Origin: a virus
Direction: 5' to 3' (one strand)
DNA: 64,000 nucleotides
Virus record (IMG/VR): IMGVR_UViG_3300023179_000056
Coordinates: 1-64,000 of that record
In this document: positions 28,041 to 39,609 of the stretch, piece by piece
Numbering within the stretch: the first letter of the stretch is position 1
How the letters are laid out: each line of letters opens with the position of its first letter
Notes under the pieces: generated by a model
What the model was told of the DNA's origin: nothing
What the model saw: only the letters and a program-made list of their open reading frames with translations
Databases searched by the model: none
Program-made: the position numbers and the translations under genes

Positions 28041-29546
28041 ATGGCATACAGCAAAAATAACGCAACATCATTCAATCAATTGATACAACAAGGCCTCACA
28101 GTGACCGACGCCACTGCACAATCTGGAGTTAGTTCTGATGCTGCTTCATACGGCTCTGGTACAAATTTCAATGCAGGTGCAATAATTCCAGGTGCAGGGG
28201 GAGATATTGTCTCGTCAGGAATGACACAAGTACCCTACCCACAACCTAGCATTGCCGTAGATGCACAACCTGCCATAAAGAGTAATCCAGTAGTTGATCC
28301 ACGTGTAATTGTGGTCACACCTCCGCTCCCTACTGTAACAATAATTGAACAACCATCTCCATATGTTGATGCTACAGGAGTAGATGCTGCGGTAAATGCA
28401 GCAACAGCGGCAGCACAACTATCTCCATATGTTGATGCTACAGGAGTAGATGCTGCGGTAAATGCAGCAACAGCGGCAGCACAACTATCTCCATATGTTG
28501 ATGCTACAGGAGTAGATGCTGCGGTGATTGCTGCTAGCACACAAATAACACCAGCGGCTGCACCAGTTATAGTAAATCCAACAGATGCAAGACTTGCAGC
28601 TGGCACACAAACAACGCCAGCGGCTGCACCAGTTGTAGTAAATCCAACAGATGCAAGACTTGCAGCTGGCACACAAACAACGCCTCTAAATGCTGCCACT
28701 GACGCCAACTCAAAAGCCTTGGTCGGTACACAATTGGCACAAAGACAAGCAGTATTAGAGGCGCAACGCAAATTGGTCAACAACGGTGATTGGCGTGTGA
28801 GACTTAGTCTTGCTGCTGGTGCTAACTATTTGTACAATGAGCCATCGAACCCTGGTATACTGGAACCATTGGCTAGAACCGGCGGAGTAATATTTCCATA
28901 CATGCCCAAGATTGACGTGGCATACAAAGCTGACTATGACCCTTACACACTTACACATTCAAATTACAAAGGGTATTTCTACAAAAGCAGTTATACCGAC
29001 GCTGTGACTCTCACTGCAACATTCACAGCACAAGACACATCAGAAGCTAATTATTTGTTAGCAGTGATACATTTTTTCAGATCAGTAACAAAAATGTTTT
29101 ATGGTCAAGATGCACAACGTGGTGCTCCGCCACCACTGGTATATCTAACTGGACTTGGTGAATATCAGTTTGCAGCACATCCTTGTGTGGTCAGCAGTTT
29201 TCAATATAGTTTGCCCAATGATGTAGATTATATTCGCGCAGGCAGTCCCAATATCAATGGTACCAATTTGATCACTCGCAGAGCAAGACAAGACTTGCCT
29301 ACCAATCCTATAACAGGTGCTGTTAAACGATTAGAAAACTTGTTCTCTAGTCAAGGTATCAACAAAGGCGCTATTACAAGTACACAGGCACCACCGTCAT
29401 TGAGTAAAAATTCTCCAACTTATGTGCCTACCAAGATTGATTGTACAATAAGTCTATTGCCCATGCAAACTCGTGCTCAAGTCAGCCAGGTGTTCAGCCT
29501 CAAGAGCTTTGCCAACGGTGACTTGATCAAAGGAGGATTCTGGTAA
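28041..29546 (+). CDS. Baseplate/tail-tube junction protein (gp48/gp54-like) with repetitive N-terminus
   Basis: DWRVRL, GVIFPY.P, HSNY, FTAQ, GAPPP, Y.LP.DVDY, VPT motifs; followed by a gp53-like gene. Confidence 0.6.
   Translation: MAYSKNNATSFNQLIQQGLTVTDATAQSGVSSDAASYGSGTNFNAGAIIPGAGGDIVSSGMTQVPYPQPSIAVDAQPAIKSNPVVDPRVIVVTPPLPTVTIIEQPSPYVDATGVDAAVNAATAAAQLSPYVDATGVDAAVNAATAAAQLSPYVDATGVDAAVIAASTQITPAAAPVIVNPTDARLAAGTQTTPAAAPVVVNPTDARLAAGTQTTPLNAATDANSKALVGTQLAQRQAVLEAQRKLVNNGDWRVRLSLAAGANYLYNEPSNPGILEPLARTGGVIFPYMPKIDVAYKADYDPYTLTHSNYKGYFYKSSYTDAVTLTATFTAQDTSEANYLLAVIHFFRSVTKMFYGQDAQRGAPPPLVYLTGLGEYQFAAHPCVVSSFQYSLPNDVDYIRAGSPNINGTNLITRRARQDLPTNPITGAVKRLENLFSSQGINKGAITSTQAPPSLSKNSPTYVPTKIDCTISLLPMQTRAQVSQVFSLKSFANGDLIKGGFW
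28355..28685 (+). repeat. Two different 66-bp tandem repeats (about 3 and 2 copies)
   Basis: atctccatatgttgatgc at 28355, 28421 and 28487; ccagcggctgcaccag at 28551 and 28617. Confidence 0.9.
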
Positions 29547-29845
29547 TGGCCACATACGACTCGACTAGTGCATACTATACCACAGGGTACAGTCAATTTT
29601 TCTTGGATGTAATGACCAATCGTGCCATCCCCAAAGAAAGTGATGATCGACTCATGCAGATCAATCAAACATACCAGTATAGACCTGACTTATTGGCCTT
29701 GGATTTGTATGATAATCCTGGACTATGGTGGGTGTTTTATCAACGCAACCCCAACACACTCACAGCACCTCCACTGGATTTCAAAGCAGGCGTGCAGATT
29801 TATCTACCCAAAATAACTACGTTACGTAGCGTATTAGGATTCTAA
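29546..29845 (+). CDS. Baseplate wedge gp53-like (LysM-like) protein
   Basis: YRPDLLALDLYDNPGLWWVF..RN...G..IYLP. Confidence 0.75.
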   Translation: MATYDSTSAYYTTGYSQFFLDVMTNRAIPKESDDRLMQINQTYQYRPDLLALDLYDNPGLWWVFYQRNPNTLTAPPLDFKAGVQIYLPKITTLRSVLGF

Positions 29846-29847
29846 GC

Positions 29848-31326
29848 ATGGCATTATATATTGCTAATGAACTTTTTGTTCCTGGGCAGTTGTTGACAGC
29901 ACGACAAATGTTAGCAATTGCTGCTGGCCTACAATTAGGTTTAACATATTCCTCAGATGTATTAGAACAATATTATGCTCAAGGCGGCCAGCTTGGAGCA
30001 GCACTGTTGGCTCAACAGCAAAGTATTGGTGCCCTTGCTAGCAGTAGTGCAGGTGATATCACAGCACAAGCACAAGTGGCCAGAGATGATCAGGCTAATA
30101 CCACAGCAACAGACCCACAGCAAAAAGTGGAAACTCCTGATGGTCGCATCACTAACAAAACACCTGTGGCAAATTCCAATGCCAATCAACCCGACACTAC
30201 CAACAATGGTAATACGGATGCGGGCACCAATGCTGAAACAAGAACACTAAACAACACTCAAGCCATACCATCTCCGGAACCATCGGGTGTGTTGCCGGCT
30301 CCGCCATTTAGGGATCCTCAACAACAAGCAGAATTCAACAACTTGCAAACTCAAGGAGCATTGCCCGGTTATGCTCCAGTTAATAATGCCACTCAAGGTG
30401 GAGTGGGCGCACGAGGCGATGATGCCGCACAACCTACCACCAATGCAGTACGAAATAGACTGGATGAACTGTATGGAGGTATATCCAATGCTATTGTATC
30501 GCAAGATAATATTTTGGATTTTTATGCCAGCTATACCTATAGTCTCAGCTGGTATCTAGTGGACCCTGAAACTTACAATAAATTGGTCAAATCTCCCAAG
30601 AGAAATCTTGAAGGCTACTATCTCCTGGTACAAAGTGGAGGTGCTCCAGTCAACAACCAAGTGCCTGCAAACAACGGAGCCAATCCCACTGTACAAACAT
30701 CGAGCACAGTGGGTTATGGGCGCAGTCCATTTTTTCCACTAGACTATTACATTGACAATCTTGAATTCAATGTTGCTTATGCAGGCACTGCAACCATGGG
30801 TGCAGCTACATTTAGCGATTTAACATTTACCATAACCGAACCCAACGGAATTTCGTTGTTGGATAATTTGTACAGTGCTGTGGCAGATTTATACAGTAAA
30901 AAAAATATTGTCAAACCAGGAACCCCACCAAATTATTCTGCTGCAATATATGTGATGGTAATAAGATTTTATGGGTACGATGTGGACGGAAATCTTGTAC
31001 AACCCATCGGACAACGAACCGGAGTTACAGATAATCAAGCAGTAGTGGAAAAATTTATTCCTTTTATCATTAGCAATATTGATTTCAAAGTGGCTAACAA
31101 GCTGGTTGAATATCAAATTGCCGGAACAGTACCAGGCACCGCAACAGGATTCAGTACCAATCGAGGCAGTATCCCGCAAAACTTTCAATTTCAAGGTACC
31201 ACAGTCAAAGACATTCTGGTTGGAACAGTGGTACAACAAACAGCTAGTCAAGCAGCAGGCGATCAAACTAGAAATGGCATTCCTATATCTGATGCTCCCA
31301 ACAACACTGGATTAGGAATAAGATAA
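29848..31326 (+). CDS. Putative baseplate hub protein, N-terminal part
   Basis: N.L..YASYTY..S, YYIDNL, FTITEPNG.SL; position between gp53 and gp5. Confidence 0.5.
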   Translation: MALYIANELFVPGQLLTARQMLAIAAGLQLGLTYSSDVLEQYYAQGGQLGAALLAQQQSIGALASSSAGDITAQAQVARDDQANTTATDPQQKVETPDGRITNKTPVANSNANQPDTTNNGNTDAGTNAETRTLNNTQAIPSPEPSGVLPAPPFRDPQQQAEFNNLQTQGALPGYAPVNNATQGGVGARGDDAAQPTTNAVRNRLDELYGGISNAIVSQDNILDFYASYTYSLSWYLVDPETYNKLVKSPKRNLEGYYLLVQSGGAPVNNQVPANNGANPTVQTSSTVGYGRSPFFPLDYYIDNLEFNVAYAGTATMGAATFSDLTFTITEPNGISLLDNLYSAVADLYSKKNIVKPGTPPNYSAAIYVMVIRFYGYDVDGNLVQPIGQRTGVTDNQAVVEKFIPFIISNIDFKVANKLVEYQIAGTVPGTATGFSTNRGSIPQNFQFQGTTVKDILVGTVVQQTASQAAGDQTRNGIPISDAPNNTGLGIR

Positions 31327-31327
31327 C

Positions 31328-33040
31328 ATGGCTGATAATCTACAACCAACACCGAGATACACTGGCAAACCAGGAGAAAGCATTTTGGCCAATGCTGCTG
31401 CTGGACTTGCACCAGCCAAAGCTGACGCTGCACCAAAATCTGGCGCCACCGAAACAGGTACTGGACTAATTGCAGCACTCAATGCCTATTGGGCAGGAAT
31501 AGCCAACTCAAAAGGGCTAATACCTGATATTTACGAAATCAAATTTGTTGATCCTTTGTTGAGCAATGCCAGCGTGATTCCACCAGGGCCATTGGATAAA
31601 AGTTTTGCTGGCGGATCTTTACAGGTAACTGCTGCTGATGAGCTACTGCCTGAAAAACAAAACATGAGTCCGGCTGTGAGACAACGATCTGCTACAGCCG
31701 GACAACAGATTCTACAATTCATTGACACAGTATTGCGTAACAGCAATTACATCACAGATCAGCAAAAAGTAATTTGGAATTCAAAAACCAACACATGGGA
31801 TTACAACGGAAAACCTGCACAAAACTTTGCGTGGTTCAATATCTCTTGTCAAGCCGAACAGTTACAGTATGATCCCAAGCAGAATGATTTTGCATATAGG
31901 ATAACTTATATTATTGCACCGTACCAAATTCCTGTTCAAAGTGAATACTTTGACAACAGTTCTTTCAGAGGTGTACACAAAGTTTACAATTACTGGTTCA
32001 CAGGGCAAAATTCTCAAGTCACACACTTTGAACAAAATTACAACAATGCCTGGACACAGTCATTGACTAGTGATGTATCTGTCAGAGCAGGCAATGACTC
32101 CAACGCCAGTCGAGTAAACAGCAGAGAGCAATGGAAAAAAAGATACATGCCGGCTAGTAATCAAGCTAGGCAAGGCAGCGACGGCAACACATTTGAACCC
32201 GGTGCCAATGCTGCTGATTATCTTTACTCTGTTGATACTGCTACTATTGCATTAAACATACTAGGAGATCCTGCATGGATTCCGTCACCAACCAATGTAC
32301 AGCCAGGACAATTTAGCACGTCACCTTTTTTTCCTGATGGCAGCATTAACACCACAGCAAGTGCAGCGTATTTTGAGTTTGCCTGGAACCGGCCCACTGA
32401 TTACAATACAACCACTGGACTTATGGATCCAGGGCAAAACAACTTTGGTTCCAGTTACAGTAATTATGTTGTAAAAAGAGCCAATGACAAAGCAGGTGTT
32501 GCTCAACAAGCTGTTTCGTATCTGGCAACTGGTGTAAAAAGTAAATTTCGTGGTGGTAAATTCACTCAAGAACTAACCGGAACATGGTTGCAAACCCCTG
32601 CTAAAAATGCTGTAGCTGCTGCCGACACTGGTAGAAAAACTGATCCAGTTACTGGAACAACACCAGTAGGCAGCATTAACAATGCACAAGATCCCGAACG
32701 AGGTGGCACTGGTGTTAAATCTCTGGGATTACAAGCTGGTGCATCAGTGTATAACATTAATAATTTTCAAAATCTTGCTACATCAGTGGTAAACATCAAC
32801 TCTTCATCCACTCCAAATTCAATTGCGTCAGTTAATACTGCTGAACTCAGACCAGCTGAGCCACCCACTCAAAACCCAGCTCTGACCCCTAATCCTGCTG
32901 TGGCAGCGCCGCCGGTATTGCCAAAAAACGGGTTAGGTAGCGGAGCTTATGACTCAGAATTTACCAACTTCAGTGATACAGCAGTATCATCTACACCAAC
33001 ACAAGGCATTGTAAATGATGATCAAGGTAAACCAAGATAA
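31328..33040 (+). CDS. Putative baseplate hub protein, C-terminal part
   Basis: K.YNYWFTGQN, LNILGDPAW, V.SKF.GGKFTQEL, resembling a hub/VgrG-type C-terminus. Confidence 0.5.
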   Translation: MADNLQPTPRYTGKPGESILANAAAGLAPAKADAAPKSGATETGTGLIAALNAYWAGIANSKGLIPDIYEIKFVDPLLSNASVIPPGPLDKSFAGGSLQVTAADELLPEKQNMSPAVRQRSATAGQQILQFIDTVLRNSNYITDQQKVIWNSKTNTWDYNGKPAQNFAWFNISCQAEQLQYDPKQNDFAYRITYIIAPYQIPVQSEYFDNSSFRGVHKVYNYWFTGQNSQVTHFEQNYNNAWTQSLTSDVSVRAGNDSNASRVNSREQWKKRYMPASNQARQGSDGNTFEPGANAADYLYSVDTATIALNILGDPAWIPSPTNVQPGQFSTSPFFPDGSINTTASAAYFEFAWNRPTDYNTTTGLMDPGQNNFGSSYSNYVVKRANDKAGVAQQAVSYLATGVKSKFRGGKFTQELTGTWLQTPAKNAVAAADTGRKTDPVTGTTPVGSINNAQDPERGGTGVKSLGLQAGASVYNINNFQNLATSVVNINSSSTPNSIASVNTAELRPAEPPTQNPALTPNPAVAAPPVLPKNGLGSGAYDSEFTNFSDTAVSSTPTQGIVNDDQGKPR

Positions 33041-33055
33041 AGGAAACATGTTGCA

Positions 33056-34573
33056 ATGACAACCAATACAAATCAAGCATCTGGCAGAACAAAGAATTTC
33101 AAGTTTGATCGTGGGGGCACACCCGCCGAGATGGGACCATTCATTGGCCGAATTGTCAACAACATTGATGCTACTCGTACTGGTCGTGTACAAGTGTTTA
33201 TTGAACAATTTGCCACAGGCCAACCCAGCACCAATCCCGAAACCTGGCGATGGGTGCGTTATCTATCACCATTCTATGGAGTAACAGAAAAAAACAGTAC
33301 CAGTGCAGGAGCAGGCTCATATCCGGGCAATCAACAAAGCTATGGCATGTGGTTCACTCCTCCGGACATGGGAACATTGGTCATGTGTTTTTTTGTGGAA
33401 GGAGATCCTGACCAAGGCTACTACGTTGGCAGTGTGATTGACAACAGTTTGAATCACATGTTGCCCGCCATTGGTGCTGCTAACAAATCTCAGTATGTTA
33501 CACAAAACAAAACTCAAGCAGCATATTTTGCAGATGCTCCACAACTTCCAGTTACTGAAATCAACACAGCCAATAAAGAATTAGATCAGAATCCCAGGTT
33601 CTTTGATCAACCCAAGCCGGTACACAGTTATCAAGCAGCTATATTTTTTCAACAAGGTCTAGACAAAGATCCTGAACGTGGACCCATTATATCCAATGCA
33701 CAACGAGAAAGCCCTAGCACAGTGTATGGTATATCCACACCAGGACAACCAATATACCAAGGTGGGCTAGATCCTGCTACCATACGCAAACAACTCAACG
33801 CAGGCTCAGTTAACCCTCAAGATGTCAGGGTCATTGGCCGTAAAGGCGGGCATACTTTGGTAATGGACGATGGCGACCTGGAAAATAAAAATGCTTTGTT
33901 TAGATTGAGAACATCCAAAGGTCATCAGATCATGATGAATGATTCAGAAAATTTCTTTCAAATTATTCATGCCAATGGACAAACCTGGTTGGAGTTTGGC
34001 GAAGAAGGCACAGTGGATGTTTATTCCACTAATTCAGTGAATGTTCGTACACAAGGTACTATAAACTTACATGCTGACAAAGATATCAACATGTATGCCG
34101 GCGGCAATCTCAACATGAAATCAAATTCCAATACCAACATAGGTGCAGTAGGTACCATGGACCTAGCCAGTCAAGGTGAAATGGTATTGTATGGGCAATC
34201 AACTGTGGGAATAAAAGCCGATGGATCACTGGCATTGCAAAGCAAAATCACTGGATCATTTGACGGTGGCGCTTCATTGAGACTCAAAGCAGCCAGAATA
34301 GATCTCAACGGATTACCGCCAACTCCAGTTAAAACTCCTAGGCTGTATCCCAAAACCACATTGGATGACACTGAATTTGATAATTCTACTGGATGGAAAG
34401 TAAAACCAAAATCTTTAGAAAGTATTGTCACTCGTGCTCCTACTCATGAGCCATATCCATATCACAACAAAGGAGTAGCAGTTAGTGTAAATCTTGGAGG
34501 CACAGGAGCGCCTACTCCGCCTCCAGCAGCAGAACCAGTTCCTACAAACTGGAGTATCATAAGAAAATCATGA
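33056..34573 (+). CDS. gp5: Baseplate spike gp5-like protein (OB fold + beta-helix, no lysozyme seen)
   Basis: GRIVNNID.TRTGRVQV, SYGMWFTPPD, GHTLVMDDG, RLRTSKGHQ, RAPTHEPY. Confidence 0.75.
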   Translation: MTTNTNQASGRTKNFKFDRGGTPAEMGPFIGRIVNNIDATRTGRVQVFIEQFATGQPSTNPETWRWVRYLSPFYGVTEKNSTSAGAGSYPGNQQSYGMWFTPPDMGTLVMCFFVEGDPDQGYYVGSVIDNSLNHMLPAIGAANKSQYVTQNKTQAAYFADAPQLPVTEINTANKELDQNPRFFDQPKPVHSYQAAIFFQQGLDKDPERGPIISNAQRESPSTVYGISTPGQPIYQGGLDPATIRKQLNAGSVNPQDVRVIGRKGGHTLVMDDGDLENKNALFRLRTSKGHQIMMNDSENFFQIIHANGQTWLEFGEEGTVDVYSTNSVNVRTQGTINLHADKDINMYAGGNLNMKSNSNTNIGAVGTMDLASQGEMVLYGQSTVGIKADGSLALQSKITGSFDGGASLRLKAARIDLNGLPPTPVKTPRLYPKTTLDDTEFDNSTGWKVKPKSLESIVTRAPTHEPYPYHNKGVAVSVNLGGTGAPTPPPAAEPVPTNWSIIRKS

Positions 34574-35682
34574 GCAACTTTACATTCACTGGTCCAGATG
34601 GTGCAACTTACGAAGTTCAAGGACCTCCTACAGCTACATTTTCCCAAGCTCAAGCAGTGTTTGCTCAACAAATTTCCACCGGCGGCCTAACTGGATTACC
34701 GGTAGGAGGGTTAGTTAATGCAGTGACTCAATCAGCTGGCGGCCTAAGTTCTGCGGTGGCACAGCTGGGGTCACAAGCTATAAGTTTGACAAAACAAATA
34801 GGCAATTATATCAATCTGCCTAACTTAACTGGCCTACCAGTGCCCAACGCTATCACTACAAGTGATTTTGTCAATACCAGAACCTTGGCGCAAACAATTG
34901 GAACCATTGGGTCTACACAAATACAAGGATTAGTAGCGCAAACTGCTGCATCAGTTAATCAAGCTGTGGATGTGATTACCAACACCAAGGGGCTGGGACA
35001 ATTTGGGTTCAATGCTGACCAACTACAACTATCAGGTTTGATCAAACCAGGGCTGGCTGATCAGATCAACCTTGACCCATCTCAATTTACCAGCATACTA
35101 TCAAGTCCCACCAGCTGGACAGGCAAATTAGGCGCAACTGACATTACTTCTGTTCTCAGCAGCGGCAGTTTACAAACCACAGTGCAACAAGGATTAATGA
35201 ACACAGCCCTTGATCAGCTTAAACAACTAGGCACAATTACAGGGTCAGAATCAGCAACACAACTGGGTCCGTTGTTAAATGTAGCTACAAAATTTAGTGC
35301 AGGTACTGCCACTGAATGGCTATCCGGTGCCACCGGAGCATCGGGTATTACCAGTGCAATAACCAGTGCTGTGGGTGGCAATATAAGTGGACTAATCTCC
35401 GGCGGAGGTATCGGCGGTGCAGCTAGTTTGTTAACTGGCGGGTTGACGTCGGCGCCTGGGTTATCGTCGGCAATAGATGGCTTTGCACAATCTGCACAAT
35501 TTGCGCAGGTATTTTCATTTGCTAGTTCTTTTTTGGGTGGCGGTGGAAACCCGCTAGAAGCAGGTACTGTGACTCCTGCGCCCGCCACCAACACAGTGAA
35601 TAGACAAACTGTAAATCAAGCAGTGTTAGCCATAATTGGCAACAACAAAATACCCGTGCCGGACTTTGTACCAACAGCGTAA
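34570..35682 (+). CDS. Hypothetical baseplate-associated protein
   Basis: ATGA overlap with gp5; FTFTGPDGATYEVQGP N-terminus. Confidence 0.55.
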   Translation: MSNFTFTGPDGATYEVQGPPTATFSQAQAVFAQQISTGGLTGLPVGGLVNAVTQSAGGLSSAVAQLGSQAISLTKQIGNYINLPNLTGLPVPNAITTSDFVNTRTLAQTIGTIGSTQIQGLVAQTAASVNQAVDVITNTKGLGQFGFNADQLQLSGLIKPGLADQINLDPSQFTSILSSPTSWTGKLGATDITSVLSSGSLQTTVQQGLMNTALDQLKQLGTITGSESATQLGPLLNVATKFSAGTATEWLSGATGASGITSAITSAVGGNISGLISGGGIGGAASLLTGGLTSAPGLSSAIDGFAQSAQFAQVFSFASSFLGGGGNPLEAGTVTPAPATNTVNRQTVNQAVLAIIGNNKIPVPDFVPTA

Positions 35683-35715
35683 ATCTGCACTGGAATTCAA
35701 TGGATAAATATCAAC

Positions 35716-36090
35716 ATGCCTACATTCATTGGATTCAACACACAAAATCAATACAAAAAGTTTACTGTAGTAGACCAAGAGCTAATCAAACGTGATCTCT
35801 TGAACGCTTTTAACATATGGCAAGGTCAGCTGCCTGGCCGGCCTGCATACGGTACCATACTTTGGGATTTTTTATTTGAAAGCCAGGATCAAACTACTAT
35901 GGCTGCTATCTTGAGAGAAGTACAGCGTGTGGCCGGCGGCGACCCTAGAGTAGCGGTTACAGATGTAAATTTATTTCCACAAGAAAATGGTGTGCTAATT
36001 GAAATTGAAGTGCAATTTGTTCCCAATACTGATGCTCAATTGTTGAGCGTGTTCTTTGATCAACAACAACGTAGAGCTTCGTTTGTATAA
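35716..36090 (+). CDS. gp25: Baseplate wedge gp25-like protein
   Basis: LIKRDLLN.F....G..P..P.YG..LWD.LFE, DPRV. Confidence 0.85.
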   Translation: MPTFIGFNTQNQYKKFTVVDQELIKRDLLNAFNIWQGQLPGRPAYGTILWDFLFESQDQTTMAAILREVQRVAGGDPRVAVTDVNLFPQENGVLIEIEVQFVPNTDAQLLSVFFDQQQRRASFV

Positions 36091-36118
36091 ACGTAGCCGT
36101 TTATATATTCGGTAAATA
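36087..36118 (+). promoter_or_regulatory. Palindrome ATAAAC-N6-GTTTAT plus late promoter GGTAAATA
   Basis: Identical spacing to 27992-28023. Confidence 0.55.
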
Positions 36119-36138
36119 ACAAATAACAACGGACAATC

Positions 36139-39100
36139 ATGGCAACCACTACCAGACAAACAGTTATATTCGGAGTAGAAGATTGGAAACGCATCTACGA
36201 GACCTACAGAGAAGCGGATTTCCAAAGCTATGACTTTGAAACCTTACGCAAAAGTTTTGTAGACTATCTGAGACAGTATTACCCAGAGACTTTTAATGAT
36301 TACATTGAAAGTTCAGAATTCATTGCACTGTTAGATGTGATAGCATTCATGGGTCAGGCCATGAGTTTTCGTAATGATCTCAACACCAGAGAAAACTACA
36401 TAGACACTGCTGAACGTAGAGACAGTGTGGTTCGACTGGCCAATTTAATAAGTTATACACCCAAACGAAACACTGCTGCCAGTGGGTATCTCAAAGTATT
36501 TTCTGTTCAAACCACAGAAAACCTCACAGACTTCAATGGTATAAATCTAGCCAATGTCACAATCAACTGGAACGATCCTACCAACTTCAATTGGTTAGAG
36601 CAGTTCACAGCCGTTATCAATGCAGCATTGGTAGATACACAACGAGTTGGACGTCCAGGCAATCGTGAAACCATAGTGGGAGTAGATACATCAGAATATG
36701 CAATCAACCTGGTTCCTGGATTTTTGCCAGTATTACCCTACACAGCCACGGTGGATGGGGTTAATATGCCATTTGAAGCAGTGAATGCCACATCGGTTGG
36801 GACACCATCAACTTCTCCTTTTATCTTTGAGCCAGCACCACAACCTAGTGGTATTTTCAACGTGTTGTTCCGCAATGACTCACTGGGTTATGCAGCAGCC
36901 AATACAGGATATTTTTTCTACTTCAAGCAAGGTGTATTGCAAAATCAAGATTTTAATCTAGCTGAACGCATTCCTAATCGCACAGTCAATATCAATATTG
37001 ATGGTGTAAACAATGAAGATCGTTGGTTGTTTCAACTTGACAATACTGGCACAGTAACTAAACAATGGCAGTATGTACAGTCTGTATATGCTGCGGCAGC
37101 AGAACAACTGGCACCAGACCAACGTAGTTTATTTTCAGTAACATCCAGGGCCAACGATCAAATCACATTGACATTTGGCGACGGTGTATTTTCAGCTGTG
37201 CCTACTGGGTTGTTCCGTGCATATGTTCGTGCATCAAACGGATTACAATACATTATTAATCCAGAAGAAATGCAAAGTGTAGTATTGCCTATCAGCTATA
37301 TCAGCAGATCAGGACAGTTGGAAACTATCACATTTACCTGTGGTATCACAACCCCAGTAAGCAATGCTCAAGCTAGAGAAACACTGGATGAAATCAAACA
37401 ACGTGCGCCTGCTAGATACTATACACAGAATCGCATGGTCAACGGTGAAGATTACACTAACTTTCCGTTTACTGAATACAATTCTATCATCAAGAGTTAT
37501 GCATTAAACCGTGCCAGTATTGGTACCAGTAGATATCTTGATCTAGTGGACAACACAGGCAAGTACAGCTCCACCAACATCTTTGCATCTGACGGTGCCA
37601 TATGGGAAGAAAATCAGTTGCCTACATTTTTGTTCAACTGGCTTACCAACAATGACATTGCTAATGTGCTGGTTAATCAAGTACAGCCAATAATAGCAAC
37701 TGATGCATTTGTGCAGTTTTACTATGCCAACTTTCTTAGACCAGATCTAGCAGTATTGAATTTAACCTGGCATCAGAGCACAACGTTGGCCAATGAAACC
37801 ACTGGATACTTTGTGAATGCTGCCGGCAATCCTGCACCTATCGGCGCATACAGCAGTTCTAATTCAAAATTTATTACTGTGGGCAGTTTGGTTAAATTTA
37901 CAGCACCCGCAGGCTATTTCTTTGATGCCACCAATCGACTCAAATTGGGCATACCCACACTAGCAGATGAACGCTTGTACTTTTGGGCTAGTCCTTTGAG
38001 TATCTATCTAGACGGAACCAATCAAGGGCAAGGAAACTTTGTAGATGGAACAGGACCTGTGGCCATGAATGTGTTTGTGCCAACTGGTGCAATTCCAACT
38101 GAAGTAATTCCATTGTTAATTACCAGTTTGCCCAGCAGTTTAATCACAGAAATCACACAACAAATTTTGCTGTATAGAAATTTTGGGTTAGGATATGACA
38201 ACACCGGCGCAATCACAGGTACACCGTACACATGGTATCTAATCACGTCCAACAACATAGACGTTGATGCCACTTTTAGTTTGGTCAATGCAGGTAGCAC
38301 ATCCGGCACAAATCAAGATGCCAGCTGGATGATCCAAGCAGTGACCAATGGTACAAAATACACAGTAACCAGTCGTGCATTGGTGTACAATTGGGGTTCG
38401 GTATTACAAACAAGATTTTTCTTTGAAACCGGCAATCGCATCTATGATCCGCGACTGGGCAATATAGTGAGCGACTATATTAATGTGCTCAAAGTCAATA
38501 GTTTGCCTGACTCAAATAGTCCTCAACCCGGGGACATTTATCTCAAGATTACCGGACAGCCTGTGCAGTCCGACGGACTAGTTGATGATTTCCAAGTCAT
38601 CGTCAGCTATGAAGATCGTAACAATGATGGTGTTACAGATGATCCTGATTTCTTCAATGAAATTGTTGCGCCTGACGTGAATTCAAATACAAAATATGTA
38701 TTCTTCCAAAAGACCGTGGACTTTGACAATCTGCAACGCTATTTGTTAATTGCCTCTGGAGTTGTCAACAGTGACTATGCTACCATGGATGATATTGAAG
38801 CTGTAAAAGCTCAATACATTATTGGGCAGATTTTTTATGCATATTCACAAACAATAACAGTGGGACCATTGGCCGGACAAGTGGGTGCGTTTTATCAATT
38901 GGTAATCAGTACCAATGGAACAAAAATCCTACTGGACGTGTCAGGGGAGTGGTTGGCCAAAGTGGGACGATCAGGAATGTATTTCCAATACCGGCACAAT
39001 GCTCCGCTGACCGACCGTATTGATCCAGGTACTACCAACATTATTGATTTGTATGTGGTCACCCAGGCCTATTACACAGCTTATCAAAATTGGATTAGAG

Positions 39101-39609
39101 ATTCAACAAACACAGTGCCCAAACCTGATGTTCCCACAATTAATGAACTCAGCACTGCATATCAAGGACTTGATTCTTACAAAATGATATCTGACAATAT
39201 AGTATTAAATTCAGTATCATTCAAGCCGTTGTTTGGTCCCAAAGCAGCTGAAAATCTACGTGCAACAATCAAGGTAATACGTGCTGCCAATTCCACTGCT
39301 AGCGAAAGTGAAATTAAAACCCTGGTAGTGGCCAATTTAAATGAATATTTCAGCATTGACAAATGGAATTTTGGAGATACATTTTATTTCTCAGAACTGG
39401 CTGCATACATCCACAGAAACATGGGCGGCATCGTGAGCTCAGTGGTGTTGGTGCCATTGGATCCATTGAAATATTTTGGTGACTTGTATGAAATACATTC
39501 AGCACCGAATGAAATATTTGTAAATGGTGCCGGTGTAAGCTCAGTAGAGGTTATAACTTCCTTGACTTCAACTAATATCAGAACTGCACCCGGCAGCGGA
39601 GTAATTTAA
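36139..39609 (+). CDS. gp6: Baseplate wedge protein
   Basis: [47 protein letters not shown]. Confidence 0.85.
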   Translation: MATTTRQTVIFGVEDWKRIYETYREADFQSYDFETLRKSFVDYLRQYYPETFNDYIESSEFIALLDVIAFMGQAMSFRNDLNTRENYIDTAERRDSVVRLANLISYTPKRNTAASGYLKVFSVQTTENLTDFNGINLANVTINWNDPTNFNWLEQFTAVINAALVDTQRVGRPGNRETIVGVDTSEYAINLVPGFLPVLPYTATVDGVNMPFEAVNATSVGTPSTSPFIFEPAPQPSGIFNVLFRNDSLGYAAANTGYFFYFKQGVLQNQDFNLAERIPNRTVNINIDGVNNEDRWLFQLDNTGTVTKQWQYVQSVYAAAAEQLAPDQRSLFSVTSRANDQITLTFGDGVFSAVPTGLFRAYVRASNGLQYIINPEEMQSVVLPISYISRSGQLETITFTCGITTPVSNAQARETLDEIKQRAPARYYTQNRMVNGEDYTNFPFTEYNSIIKSYALNRASIGTSRYLDLVDNTGKYSSTNIFASDGAIWEENQLPTFLFNWLTNNDIANVLVNQVQPIIATDAFVQFYYANFLRPDLAVLNLTWHQSTTLANETTGYFVNAAGNPAPIGAYSSSNSKFITVGSLVKFTAPAGYFFDATNRLKLGIPTLADERLYFWASPLSIYLDGTNQGQGNFVDGTGPVAMNVFVPTGAIPTEVIPLLITSLPSSLITEITQQILLYRNFGLGYDNTGAITGTPYTWYLITSNNIDVDATFSLVNAGSTSGTNQDASWMIQAVTNGTKYTVTSRALVYNWGSVLQTRFFFETGNRIYDPRLGNIVSDYINVLKVNSLPDSNSPQPGDIYLKITGQPVQSDGLVDDFQVIVSYEDRNNDGVTDDPDFFNEIVAPDVNSNTKYVFFQKTVDFDNLQRYLLIASGVVNSDYATMDDIEAVKAQYIIGQIFYAYSQTITVGPLAGQVGAFYQLVISTNGTKILLDVSGEWLAKVGRSGMYFQYRHNAPLTDRIDPGTTNIIDLYVVTQAYYTAYQNWIRDSTNTVPKPDVPTINELSTAYQGLDSYKMISDNIVLNSVSFKPLFGPKAAENLRATIKVIRAANSTASESEIKTLVVANLNEYFSIDKWNFGDTFYFSELAAYIHRNMGGIVSSVVLVPLDPLKYFGDLYEIHSAPNEIFVNGAGVSSVEVITSLTSTNIRTAPGSGVI

